A stretch of 64,000 nt of DNA from Eledone cirrhosa (GCA_964016885.1 OZ024753.1:43772001-43836000), one strand, 5' to 3'; shown: positions 41,839-55,385, numbered from the stretch's first letter. Notes: a model not told the origin generated them from the letters alone. Numbers and translations: made by a program.

Positions 41839-43197
41839 TCATATTACAAGAGCCAGCTGAAATGTTTATAGGCTGACCAAGATACTCTCATGGAATGACC
41901 AAATGAGGTTTATTTTTCAACATAGTTCCTGGAAAGATTCCACAGTTGTAGCATCACTACTTCATAGGCTGACCAAGATACTCTCATGGAATGACCAAAT
42001 GAGGTTTAATTTTCAACATTTTTCCTGGAAAGGAACAATGGAGTTAGTTTTGAAATTAATGCATGCAAGATTTCACATAATTAGCCTATGAACTATTTAG
42101 CTGACCATTCTACATTGGTATTAGTAAACATTGAAAGGACACTTTGAAAGACACTTTTTTTTTTTTTTTTTACCCTCCAACAACAGTAAAATATAGGTTT
42201 GTCAACCCAGTAATATGGATAAAAGTCTGTAAGAAGGACAGATTTCATACTAAGAGATAGGTGACAAACAGAGCTCCTTTCTTCAGTTATACTAAGTAGA
42301 TAAAAACTTATATCCATGGGATACCTCCATGCCATAAGTTTTCTAGATAAAAATATGCTCAAGTCAACCAAAATTAATGTATAATGACAGTAACTGATAT
42401 ATATGTATTATGTGAATATATATGTATATTATTTATATATAGTATTTATTTATCTGTTCACAAATGTCTGTGTGATGTGGTTAAGAAGTTTGCTTTGCAG
42501 CCACATGGTTCTATGTTGAATCCTGGTCAGATAACTTCTACTATTACTGCAGTTTATTATGAATATATAGCCACTGGGAACAATGCAACGAAGACAGGAC
42601 AAACAGATATAAATTTACATCCATGAGATGCCTACAAGACATATCATAAGTCTGCTAGTTAATAAAAATATGATATGGTTAGCAAACAATAGTAAGTAGT
42701 ATAACTAGTTATAAGTATAGAGCTAGTGAGGAACAATGCAATAAAACTGAACAAGATTGGACTTTACACTTTCGTTTCAAAACCATGTTATCAGAAAGAA
42801 AATATGATTAGACTCCAAACAAATGCCAACCATTTTCACTCATGCTTCTCTCTCTCTCTCTCCTCCCCCCCTCTCTCTCTGTCTCTCGCTCTCTCTCTCT
42901 TATATCTCCCAAAGTCTTGTCAAGAATTACAATATACATATAGTGCTGATTTTCAAGACATCAAAGATTGTTAGCAACGGAAGCTAAAGTGTACTTTAGA
43001 GAAATGGGAATTTGAGAAAAATCGTTCAAAATCATAATATTGGATATTCCTATACTTTGCCATGAAGAAATAAATAAATAAATGAAGAAATATAGACAAA
43101 TAAAAAAGAAAGAAAATGAGAGATTATTATAAATTTCTGTAATGGAGCATAAAATATAGAAATTTCATGCACACACACCTATATATATACACAGACA

Positions 43198-43237
<40 letters not shown>

Positions 43238-43245
43238 CAAACATA

Positions 43246-43277
<32 letters not shown>

Positions 43278-43994
43278 CACACGTTTATATATCAATACAT
43301 TGGCAAGGTTATGTAAATGTTTACATAAACTCATGCATCACACACCGACCCTACAGAAGCATATTATACACATATACACACATACAACAACAACCCCCTA
43401 TCCACACACACACACATATATATATATATGTGTATATATATATACACAGATATACACCCTGAAACTCAGAGAAGCAACAGAGAGTAAGCTCAGTAAATTA
43501 ATAAAAATATATACTCTCTATTTTGTACTCAACATTTTTCCTCGTGTTTCAAAACCCAAACAAATGGATATTTATGTATATCTCTCTCTCTCTCTGTAAA
43601 TATATGTGTATGTATATCTATCTCTCTCTCTCTGTAAATATATGTGTATGTATATCTATCTCTCTCTCTCTGTAAATATATGTGTATGTATATCTATCTC
43701 TCTCTCTGTAAATATCTGTGTATGTGTATGTATCTATATCTATATATATGTGTGTGTGTAAATGTGTATATTCAAACACAGACACTCACATATTTGATAT
43801 GCATATATATATACCTGATTTATAGGAATGGGAAAACTAGACAATTCATATTTAATCAAAGCCTTAAACAATTCTTTCTGCCTTGATGTCTCTCTCTTTC
43901 TCTCTCTTTCTCTCTCTCTAGCTCTCTCTTTCTCTCGATTTTGTGATCTCCTTGATCTTCACAATATTTTGTGCTATGTATGCATATGTGTGTG

Positions 43995-44049
<55 letters not shown>

Positions 44050-44051
<2 letters not shown>

Positions 44052-44854
44052 TCATCATCATTTTACGTCCGCTTTTCCCTGCTTGCAAGGGTGGGACGGG
44101 TCTTATTCAGCACAGCATCTCTCCACTTGTCACGGTCCTTCGTCATCTCCACCGTGAGCTTCAGCGATCTGAGGTCTGTTCTCACCACCTCCGCCCATGT
44201 TTTTCGTGGTCTACCTCTACCACGTCTTCCTTCAACTGGCATTTCCTGGCACTTCTTCACCCATCGGTCATCCTCCATGCACATCACATGTCCATACCAT
44301 CTCAGTCTCCTCTCTCGCACACTACATTCTATCCCTCTCAGACACAGTTTCTCTCTCAACACATCCATGCTAGGTTGTTCACGCACATTGACATTGCACA
44401 TCCAACGGAGCATGCTTGCCTCATTTCTCTCCAGCCGTCGCATATCCTCTGCAGTTGCTGCCCATGTCCCACTACCATGCAGCATCGCGCTCCTCACACA
44501 GGCATCATATAACCGGCCTTTCATACACAGGGAGAAACCCTTCTTCATCAGCAGAGGAAGCAGCTCCCTAAACTTCTTCCAACTTGTCCTTATTCTAGAT
44601 ACTATGACCTCGGAACACCCCCCTCCCATGCTAATCTGATCTCCTAGGTACCGGAAGCTATCCACCACTTCTATAGCACCCGCCTGCATTTGAAAAATGT
44701 GTCTATCAATGCGACTTCTACTGTCTAATTTCCCTGTACATCTACTGCATACGTATTTCTCCCTACCTGTTAGTTTGACTGCTATCCTGCTACCTCTCTT
44801 GTCTACCCAGGATCTGCATTGTGTGCATTTTATAGAATTTATCCCAGTTCCTTT
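44050..44854 (-). mobile_element. 5'-truncated RTE-clade (BovB-like) LINE: end of RT, thumb and C-terminus, with (GAT)n tail
   Basis: Open frame 44854-44063 containing EVVDSFRYLG, SRIRTSWKKFREL, RRLRWYGHV and GRGRPRKTW; preceded in frame by a Cys-rich segment; inserted in (TA)n. Confidence 0.93.
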
Positions 44855-45008
44855 TCAAACACATATATATATGTATGTGTTTGTGTGTGTCTGCCTTTAT
44901 ATAAATGTGTATATATACGTATGTAAAAAGTAAACAGAAAAAAAAAGCAAATGACATAGTACAGTGAAGAAATATATTAGTTTAATGCTTGATATAGTAG
45001 GAAAAGAG

Positions 45009-45044
45009 TCTTAATGTTTCGGACACTATTCCTTCATCAGAAGA
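45009..45044 (-). ncRNA. Minimal Penelope-type hammerhead motif (degenerate)
   Basis: TCTT-CTGATGA-A-GGA(ATAGTG)TCC-GAAA-CA-TT-AAGA; lies in a fragment related to 56320-56880. Confidence 0.55.
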
Positions 45045-45283
45045 TAGAAGAGTAAGGAATGGAAAAAAAAAATTGAGAAAGAAACACATGTGTGTATTCA
45101 GTCAGCCACTTAGCATATCTTAATTCTTCTTCTAATTAATTATAATATGCCAAGTTCACACCATATGCAAATAAGCATTTCCACTTGATAATTTCTATTT
45201 TCTATTTGCAAATGAGTATCACCAACAAGTGTTCATTATGCAAAATCTATTTAGATTCTCGTCGATTTCCATGTCAGTACAGT

Positions 45284-45344
45284 TTGAGGGAATATCGCTG
45301 ATGACAGATTAATGAATCTTGAAACAGTTGTCTGACATTCTCAA
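45284..45344 (+). ncRNA. Candidate type I hammerhead ribozyme
   Basis: CTGATGA at 45298-45304, stem II AGATT/AATCT, GAAA at 45321-45324, stem III ACA/TGT, GUC triplet at 45330-45332, bulged stem I of 11 pairs. Confidence 0.55.
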
Positions 45345-45530
45345 CAGCTACTGATAAATCTGTAATGTGTTCCCTGAAAAAGATAGAGAAAAGTAATTTT
45401 TACATTATGAAAGAAATATTTTTTCTATGATAGTGAGGCTCCAATGTGTCTATTGTATATGAATATATAGTATATGCTTTCATAGATTCCACTACCATGC
45501 TTAAATGTTCTTGTAGTGCTACTGTCAAAT

Positions 45531-45599
<69 letters not shown>

Positions 45600-46027
45600 C
45601 CTTAAATAAACATACAGACACACACATATATGAACATATAAATACACACACAAATGTATGTATTTATATATATATATATATGTGTATATATATATATATA
45701 TAAATGTATATAAGTATACATGTATAAGTATTCACACATACATATATGTATGTGTCCATATGTGAGGTATGTATGTGTTATGTATATATTCCTTAAGAAG
45801 AATTGATGGATTTTATTGAAGTATTGTAGATTATTTTTGAAGGAGTGGAAACTAACGGGAAATAGCAAGGAAGGAAGAGATAGATGGAGGGGGGGGGAGG
45901 GGGGAGCTGGCAGGAATAAGAGGAAAATAGTTTAAAGATTATCATTTCTTATTGATATAAAATTACATTTATGCTTGCTAACATCCTCAATAATTTTTGT
46001 TTGCTGCAGGGACTTATATAGACATAT

Positions 46028-46079
<52 letters not shown>

Positions 46080-46095
46080 ATATATATATATATAT

Positions 46096-46126
<31 letters not shown>

Positions 46127-46128
46127 AT

Positions 46129-46171
<43 letters not shown>

Positions 46172-46864
46172 TTTATATATATATATATATAATATATATA
46201 TATATATATCTTCATTCAACTTCGTCTTTTGTGTTTTTTCTGTTTACTTTTCACCTACATACATATATGTATACATATATATATATTCAGATACGTGTGT
46301 GTGTGTGTGTTTGTATTATTTATTGAAGAAAAAAAAAAGAAAAATGGCCAGTTAGTTTAAGGAACGATATTCTAGTGAAATCATAAAGAGAGATAGCAAC
46401 ACTTTATCAAATTATCTTTCTAGCCAACCATATCAGTACCACCCAACTAATATTTTTACTTTTACTTTTATTGGAATCAGTCAAATTCTGAGATTTGCTC
46501 TCTTAAGTTTTAACTGAATAAATCTTGAAAGACATTTTGTAAAAGTCAGTAGGGAATATAACTGTTTTATTTCTTTTATGTATAATTTATTCTTTTTTCT
46601 TTATTTTCTTTTTGTTATTTTCTAGTGTCCGTTTATTATTTATGTATGCCCTGCCCCCCCCCCCCTTCTTCAATTTTTATGTATCTTCTGTAAAGACATA
46701 CATGTTACTGATGTTGGTGTAGCTACGTGGTTCAGGAGTTTATGTAACAATGTGGGTTCAGGTCCTGTCCTGCTGTGTGGCATTTTGAGATCATCAATGA
46801 TCCATGAGTGATATTTGGTTGTGGGAAATTGTATAAAACACAATCATAATCTTGCCATTTCAAA

Positions 46865-47815
46865 GGAATATGTTTAATCCCTGAAAATATTTCTGGAAAA
46901 AGGAATATGTTTAATCCCTGTAAATATTTCTGGAAAAAGGACTATGTTTAATCCCTGTAAATATATCTGGAAAAAGGACTATGTTTAATCCCTGTAAATA
47001 TTTCTGGAAAAAGGACTATGTTTAATCCCTGCAAATATTTCTGGGAAAAGGACTATGTTTAATCCCTGTAAATATTTCTGGGAAAAGGACTATGTTTAAT
47101 CCCAGTAAATATTTCTGGAAAAAGCAATATGTTTAATCCCTGTAAATATTTCTGGAAAAAGGACTATGTTTAATCCCTGTAAATATATCTGGAAAAAGGA
47201 CTATGTTTAATCCCTGTAAATATTTCTGGAAAAAGGACTATGTTTAATCCCTGCAAATATTTCTGGGAAAAGGACTATGTTTAATCCCTGTAAATATTTC
47301 TGGGAAAAGGACTATGTTTAATCCCAGTAAATATTTCTGGAAAAAGCAATATGTTTAATCCCTGTAAATATTTCTGGAAAAAGGACTATGTTTAATCCCT
47401 GTAAATAGTTCTGGAAAAGGAATATGTTTAATCCCTGTAAATATTTCTGGAAAAAGGACTATGTTTAATCCCTGTAAATATTTCTGGAAAAGGACTATGT
47501 TTAATCCCTGTAAATATTTCTGGGAAAAGGACTATGTTTAATCCCTGTAAATATTTCTGGAAAAAGAAATATGTTTAATCCCTGTAAATATTTCTGGAAA
47601 AGGAATATGTTTAATCCCTGTAAATATTTCTGGAAAAAGGACTATGTTTAATCCCTGTAAATATTTCTGGAAAAGGAATATGTTTAATCCCTGTAAATAT
47701 TTCTGGGAAAAGGACTGTTTAATCCCTGTAAATATTTCTGGAAAAAGAAATATGTTTAATCCCTGTAAATATTTCTGGAAAAAGGACTGTTTAATCCCTG
47801 TAAATATTTCTGGAA
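46865..47815. repeat. 37-bp minisatellite, about 26 copies, with a 222-bp higher-order duplication
   Basis: Unit GGA(A/C)TATGTTTAATCCCTGTAAATATTTCTGGAAAAA. Confidence 0.95.
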
Positions 47816-48290
47816 ATCAGTTCACATGTATAATATATTCCTTCTTTTTGCTTTTACTTAATTTCTTTTCAAAATGTTTTGTTATGCTTTATAAAATATG
47901 GTAACTATACCTTCTGTAGCTGGTACTTCTTTGTTTATCTTTAAGGATCTTCACCTCCTTTTATAGCATCTCTCTGAATGAGCACACCATTCTTTAAATA
48001 TATATATATATCAAAAGTATATATTGAGTTAAAAACTCACAATAGTCCCTTATAAATAAAATAGCTCACGGAAAAAAAAAAATTTCCGAGTCTTATAATA
48101 TAATTGTTATAATATAATTGTTCATTGTTAGTATCTTATTCACCCTAGTAGTTTAGGTCCCTTATGATTTGAATGCACATATGTATATATTTGTGTATGT
48201 CTCTCTTTATTATATTAAATTATATATATATTTATTTATATATATATATATATAAAAATAATAAAAATTTCACTCTACATGGCTGAATTC

Positions 48291-48482
48291 AATAAATGTA
48301 ATCTGAATTTTTTGAATATTAATAATAATATTCGTGTCTGCAGTTCTGTTTACATGCCAACACAAGAGCAAGAATGAAGGGTTCATTCTACTGACATGGC
48401 TTTAAAAATGAGGCTTGTTTGCATAATTGCAAACGAATCGAATGTTATTATTAATATTCGAAAAACTCAGATGACATTTATT
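48291..48482. mobile_element. Small MITE-like foldback element
   Basis: 44-bp imperfect inverted arms at 48291-48334 and 48439-48482. Confidence 0.65.
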
Positions 48483-48739
48483 ATATATATATATAACCCA
48501 TGCTAGCGTCGAAAGTGGACGTTAAACGAGGATGATGATGATATATATATAATCGTCATTTAACATCTGTTTTCCATACAAGTGTATATATGTGTGTGTG
48601 TTACACCAACATTTTAGTGATTTCCAGACACTAACTGAGAAGATGGAACTATCCGTTGTCTTTGTTCTATGACCCCCCCCCCCCTCCATACCGTTTTGAA
48701 TTCATATTCTAAAGACTTAACCATGCGGCCTTTTTTAAA

Positions 48740-48780
<41 letters not shown>

Positions 48781-49182
48781 AAGAGAGAGAGAGAGAGAGA
48801 GGAATAGATAGAGATATAGGTAGATACATATATAATATAAATAGATAGGTAAATAGATAGATATATAGATAGATATATAGACAGGCAGGTAGATATGGCA
48901 GTGTCCGTTTCTACTTGTATATTGTGTCATTTTACATCCTGTAAGTTTCTGGTTTGATAAATTCAGATCAATAGAATAAGTAACAGACTGTAATAATTAT
49001 TGGAGTCGGTCTGATCAACTAAATACTGGCATATAGTCTCTCATCATGGCACAGTCCAATGACTAAAACTATGAAAAGAATACAAGAATTTATATAATTA
49101 TTATGTTCTCCGTAACTACTTTGAAAGTTCGATGTAAATCATTCTGCCCATAGGTTAGAATTAATGTGTGAATATGTGTCTC

Positions 49183-49233
<51 letters not shown>

Positions 49234-49452
49234 AAGAAGAAGCAGGGGCTGTGTAGTTGCTAGATAAGGAGTACTTATAAATAAGAGGCTATATTTTTCT
49301 TCTTGTAATGTTAAACTCCACCAGTTGCTGACTGCACATTAACATGTGATATCTCTCTCCACAAAGTTCGATCAGCAGCAAAAGAGTTCAAAGAGCAAAG
49401 ATCAAGTCCAGTCTATAAGGTGACATTGTCGAGCCATCCTTTTGGCTGCCAA

Positions 49453-49835
49453 CCTCTGCTTCTCTTACCAGCCCCTGCTTCTCTTACCAGCCCCTGCTTC
49501 TCTTACCAGCCCCTGCTTCTCTTACCAGCCCCTGCTTCTCTTACCAGCCCCTGCCTCGCTTACCAGCCCCTGCTTCTCTTACCAGCCCCTGCTTCTCTTA
49601 CCAGCCCCTGCTTCTCTTACCAGCCTCTGCTTCTCTTACCAGCCTCTGCTTCTCTTACCAGCCTCTGCTTCTCTTACCAGCCCCTGCCTCTCTTACCAGC
49701 CCCTGCTTCTCTTACCAGCCCCTGCCTCTCTTACCAGCCCCTGCTTCTCTTACCAGCCCCTGCCTCTCTTACCAGCCTCTGCTTCTCTTACCAGCCCCTG
49801 CCTCTCTTACCAGCCCCTGCTTCTCCTACCAGCCA
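49453..49835. repeat. 19-bp minisatellite TTACCAGCCCCTGCTTCTC, about 20 copies
   Basis: Direct reading; 18-bp variants are present. Confidence 0.95.
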
Positions 49836-50451
49836 ACCTTCCTTCCAGGCATAACCTACTCGCACCACAAGTTGATCTTTTTATATGGCCGTATAGTTTG
49901 AGTACTCTTGACTTGACAAATTCTGTAAAGTGGTTGGTAAAAGGAAGGGCATCCAGTAGTTAGAAGCCATGCCAAATGTGGGCCATATGAGAAAGATTAG
50001 CTCTTCTCTGTTTAACTGTTCTTGTCTCAGACCCTGACAACCTATCCAATCCATACCAGATTGGAAAGCAGACTAATGATGATGTGCATACAATGAATAT
50101 AAACATTTTTGCTTATTAATTACTCCCCTTTTGTGGTCAATAAAGAAATAATTATTCCATGAAGAGAAAACAAAAGAGAGAGATTGAAGTGAATCTCACT
50201 TCTTTATTAACTTTTCCCTCCTCCTCTCCCCTAAAACTCAGATCAATGACTGAAACACAAAATATATTTTCTGATACAGCTCAGTTTATCTTAATCCACT
50301 GTTTCGTATATTTATAATCAATTAAAACTTCATGTGTTTGTCTCGTGGATTAGCTTTTAATTAAAATCTTGCTTTATAATCTTTTTTGGTGGAAGCTGAT
50401 GTTTAATTTTATTATTATTATCGCCATTAATATCATTATTATTATTAAAGT

Positions 50452-50632
50452 GTGGCGGTGGTTCGGCAGTATCGGTAGAGCGCCGGACAACATGCTTCGT
50501 GGCATAGGGTTACATTCTGAGTTCAAATCCCACTGAGGTTAGCTTTGCTTTTTATCTTTGCGTGGTCGATAAAATAAAGTACCAGAAATGCACTGGGGTC
50601 GATTTAATCAACTTTCCCTGCCCATAAATTGT
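50452..50632 (+). mobile_element. SINE family A (diverged, long form)
   Basis: Consensus match; its 3' end runs into the 33-bp array. Confidence 0.85.
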
Positions 50633-52175
50633 CCTGTGAAATATATGTTGTTGGTGTACCAATGTACCATGAAATGTATGTTATTGGTGTACCACTGTAC
50701 CATGAAATGTATGTTGTTGGTGTACCACTGTACCATGGAATATATGTTGTTGGTGTACCACTGTACCATGAAATGTATGTTGTTGGTGTACCACTGTACC
50801 ATGGAATGTATGTTATTGGTGTACCACTGTACCATGGAATATATGTTGTTGGTGTACCAATGTACCATGAAATGTATGTTATGTGTGTACCACTGTACCA
50901 TGAAATGTATGTTGTTGGTGTACCAATGTACCATGAAATGTATGTTATTTGTGTACCACTGTACCATGAAATGTATGTTGTTGGTGTACCACTGTACCAT
51001 GGAATGTATGTTATTGGTGTACCACTGTACCATGGAATGTATGTTATTGGTGTACCACTGTACCATGGAATGTATGTTATTGGTGTACCACTGTACCATG
51101 GAATGTATGTTATTGGTGTACCACTGTACCATGGAATGTATGTTATTGGTGTACCACTGTACCATGGAATGTATGTTATTGGTGTACCACTGTACCATGG
51201 AATGTATGTTATTGGTGTACCACTGTACCATGGAATGTATGTTACTTGTGTACCACTGTACCATGGAATGTATGTTATTGGTGTACCACTGTACCATGGA
51301 ATGTATGTTATTGGTGTACCACTGTACCATGGAATATATGTTATTGGTGTACCACTGTACCATGGAATGTATGTTATTGGTGTACCACTGTACCATGGAA
51401 TGTATGTTACTTATGTACCACTGTACCATGGAATGTATGTTATTGGTGTACCACTGTACCATGGAATGTATGTTATTGGTGTACCACTGTACCATGGAAT
51501 GTATGTTATTGGTGTACCACTGTACCATGGAATGTATGTTGTTGGTGTACCACTGTACCATGGAATGTATGTTGTTGGTGTACCACTGTACCATGGAATG
51601 TATGTTATTGGTGTACCACTGTACCATGGAATGTATGTTGTTGGTGTACCACTGTACCATGGAATGTATGTTATTGGTGTACCACTGTACCATGGAATGT
51701 ATGTTACTTGTGTACCACTGTACCATGGAATATATGTTGTTGGTGTACCACTGTACCATGGAATGTATGTTACTTGTGTACCACTGTACCATGGAATATA
51801 TGTTATTGGTGTACCACTGTACCATGGAATGTATGTTACTTGTGTACCACTGTACCATGGAATGTATGTTGTTGGTGTACCACTGTACCATGAAATGTAT
51901 GTTACTAGTGTACCACTGTATCTTTGTACCATGAAATATATGTTGTTTCACTGTATTGTGAAATATATGTTACTGGTGTATGACTCTACCCCTGTACCAT
52001 GAAATATGTGTTGTTGGTGTTTCACTGTATCTCTCTACCATGAAATGTATGTTGTTGGGGTACAACTCTACCCCTGTACTACGAGATGTATGCTGTCGGT
52101 GTACCATTGTACCACTGTACCATGATATATATGATGATAGTATACTAGTATACCTATGTACCATGAAATGTATGT
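50633..52175. repeat. 33-bp minisatellite TGTACCATGGAATGTATGTTATTGGTGTACCAC, about 39 good copies plus a degenerate right end
   Basis: Period 33; source of the 447-457 aa ORFs in the track. Confidence 0.95.
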
Positions 52176-54016
52176 AGTAGAGACTAATATTTTGGCCAGA
52201 GTCTTGCATCTGCAAACAACAGCAATAATTGTTCCAACTATTCTAACATATACAAATAATAAGAGAAACTGTAGAAATAAAACCAAATAAGAGAGCATTG
52301 CAGTAAATCCATATTTTCATGCTAGATAAGCTGGGAATTTTCTTATTTCCAAATTCTGACCTTTCTATAGTGTCGGTGCCAATGTTATTTTCTACACTTG
52401 GAAAAGTTCTTTGTGAATCTAATTTATTTCATACAGAAGGAGAAATATTTAATTGAATCCAATCCAATGTACTCTTGCCATATATATATATATGTGTGTG
52501 TGTGCATGTGTATATATATATATATACACTTATGTGTGTACGTCTATATATTCATATATATATTTACACACGTGTGTGTGTGTGTATGTATGTGTGTGTG
52601 TATATGTATGTGTGTGTGTATATGTATGTATGTATGTGTGTGTATGTATATGTATATATGAATGTGTGTATATGCATATATATATCATTGTCAGAAGCCA
52701 TCACATTTCTCTAATGAATTGCTGTAGTGATATTAATACAGTTAATATTTTGTGGGATTGTTTTATATTCTAACATGTTTATATCTGGTTTATATTGTTG
52801 TTTAGGGAGCTGCCTTGAGCTCTGCCATTCTCACAGAAGCATATTACTGAACCTTAAAGGATCACAGTATTATAGACTTACATAAAGTGTAAAGTACCAG
52901 TAATACACTGGGATAATTGCTGGCCTTGTGCCAAAAGTAGAACAGTTATTATAGACTTACATTAAATGTGCAAATCATATCAAAAGCATACATAGGATAA
53001 TTTCTATTGATCAATATTAAAGTCTATATTTTTTTTACTTCAATGACATACATAGCAAAATACTTAATTTCACATTGCTCCAGTATACTCAGTTGTAAAT
53101 GAGTACCAGCAGCAATAGCTGAGAGTTTAACCCTACAATGGACTGGTGTCTTGTCCAGGAGGAGTCTTGTACTCTCAGTTGCTTCACGTTATGGAAACTG
53201 AGATAAGCACCAGACTAACAAGCCTTCTAGCTTAAGACAGACTTTATTTTGGGGGGGGACTTACACAGGGACAACATTTTTTTAAAAAGTACACCAACAA
53301 AAGGCTTTTTCCTCCCAAACATTCTGATAAATATCTAAAATTGTTATATATAGATGAATAAATATATTCATAGATGAGCTAATTTTTATGAATGTCTTCT
53401 GCAATGATTATGGTATTTAAATAATTTTATCGCAAGCATCAGCAGTTCTTCTGAGCTGAGAGAATTCGGGATATAATTGAGGATGTAACATTATGGCAAG
53501 CATCCCAATATCTCGTCAAAGAGAGGGTATTATTTCTGAAGGCCAGCCAAAGATTTCAGACAAATTGACATCCTGTTCTTCAACAGAATTATCACAATAA
53601 TCTTTAGTTACTTCGCAGATCAAAGAAGTTCACACCATGTTAGAAATTTAAATAAATTATTATTTGAAGAAAACAGAAAATTTATGGAATTGAGTATTGT
53701 CTTAGTCAAAAATGCCTGTAGGAAAATTTTTGGATACGTTGTTGAAACAAGAAATTTTCTCTGACTTAATGAACTCGCTATTTGATGCATTATCATGTAG
53801 CTTCCGGTTATATAACCGTCAATGGAGAGATAGCCATCAGATAAGTGGTATGATGTCCTGTAATCACCACTGAACAAATAGTAAAAATACCTACTACAAG
53901 TGATGAAGAGCACAGAGAGAAATAGTAGAGGAAAATTTTAATCTTCAGAATAATAGTGAGAGATCAAAAAAATATTGCAAGTAATTACATTTGTATTATA
54001 TATGTGTGAGAAAATA

Positions 54017-54360
54017 GGTGGTGAATTGGCAGAGTTGTTAAAACATTGGATAGAATGCTTTGTGGTATTTGTTCTGAATCTCTGCTCCCTGAGTTCAAAT
54101 CCCACCATTGTCAACTTTGTCTTTAATCCATTTAAGGTTGATAAAAAGAGTACTGATCTAGTACTGGGATCGATTCTGCTTCTATATCTCTTTTCCACTT
54201 CCATTCTCTCACTCTCTCTATTGTTCTCTGGAAGAAATCTGTTACATTCAGATCAGGAGAGGAGATGGGCTCTGCTAGGTTTAAAGAAATGCCCTAGACA
54301 CGCTGTATGTAAGTATGGTTCTCCTACAACTCTGTCAGGAAGTATGGGTCCATACTTATA
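54017..54360 (+). mobile_element. Old SINE-A-like copy with an alternative tail
   Basis: GAGTTCAAATCCC B-box and degenerate core; tail homologous to 11100-11235. Confidence 0.6.
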
Positions 54361-55178
54361 TTATATATGTGTGGGAAAATAGACAGTGAAATCATAGAGT
54401 TGCCGAAATGTTAAGTAGAAGGCTTTGCAATATTTCCAACTTTGCTTTTAATATTTTTCAAGATTATTAAATAAAATCTGAGCAGTATCACTTAGCTTTG
54501 TCTTTTCCTTCAGACAAAATGTCGAAGGCATTGTCATGGAGAACAGTCAGCAACACCCACTGCAACAATCACTCCAGCTCACGGGGCTCCATTCTTAAGC
54601 TGGCTGCCATTCTTCAGACATATATATAATTTAAGCTGAAAATCACAATATATTCTTGTTAAAAATTCTGGTAATAAATGGGTTAAACTAATGAAGACAG
54701 AGTTTAACTTGATAAAGTTAAACTATAATTGTTCAATTTTGGCCATGTTTTTTCACTTGTGTAGAAGTGAATATACAATTATTTGGCACAATTAGTTGAA
54801 ACTCTCTTTACTATATTTTTTGTTCTTAAATATCTGTTAGTTTAAAATACTTAGGGAAATACTTAAAAGATGTGTTTATTGCCATGAAATCATTTGTTTT
54901 ATTTATTTTTACCATTTTTTTTTTTATTTCTGAAAGCATTAGTTTGACAAATTTACTAATCTCTTTTTTTTTTTTTTTCCATTATACACAGAAAACCTCT
55001 GTTTAATGAGTTAGTGCGAATACGATGTTAAATGAAGTTAAATGGTTTTTCAAGTAGTTTTTGCATGGCTGCCAAGGTCTGCTAATTTTCAGAGTAACAG
55101 ACTTTTAAAAAAAGATTTTCTCTTTTTATTTTGCTACACAATGTATTTTTATGTCATTAATTATGTATAAAACAGGAA

Positions 55179-55234
<56 letters not shown>

Positions 55235-55261
55235 TTGTTTAATTGTAAAGTGTGTGCATAC

Positions 55262-55385
55262 ATACACAATAAACATACTAGAGACACATGTAGATATATG
55301 TGTGTGCATATATATATACATATATATGTATATATATATGCACACACATATATCTACATGTGTCTCTAGTATGTTTATTGTGTAT
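55262..55385. repeat. Perfect 124-bp palindrome with no spacer, centred on (TA)n
   Basis: Symmetry axis at 55323/55324. Confidence 0.9.

Noticed and set aside
46865-47815. CRISPR-like array (37-bp repeats)
   Set aside because: Units are contiguous with no unique spacers, there are no cas genes, and the context is eukaryotic. The same applies to the 33-bp and 61-bp arrays.
50588-52002. 447-457 aa ORFs on both strands as protein-coding genes
   Set aside because: They are translations of a stop-free 33-bp minisatellite with no unique domain or gene context.
53400-53913. Protein-coding exon in the unique island (97-aa minus ORF, 53-aa plus ORF)
   Set aside because: No recognisable homology and stops in the alternative frames; kept only as a possible non-coding exon.
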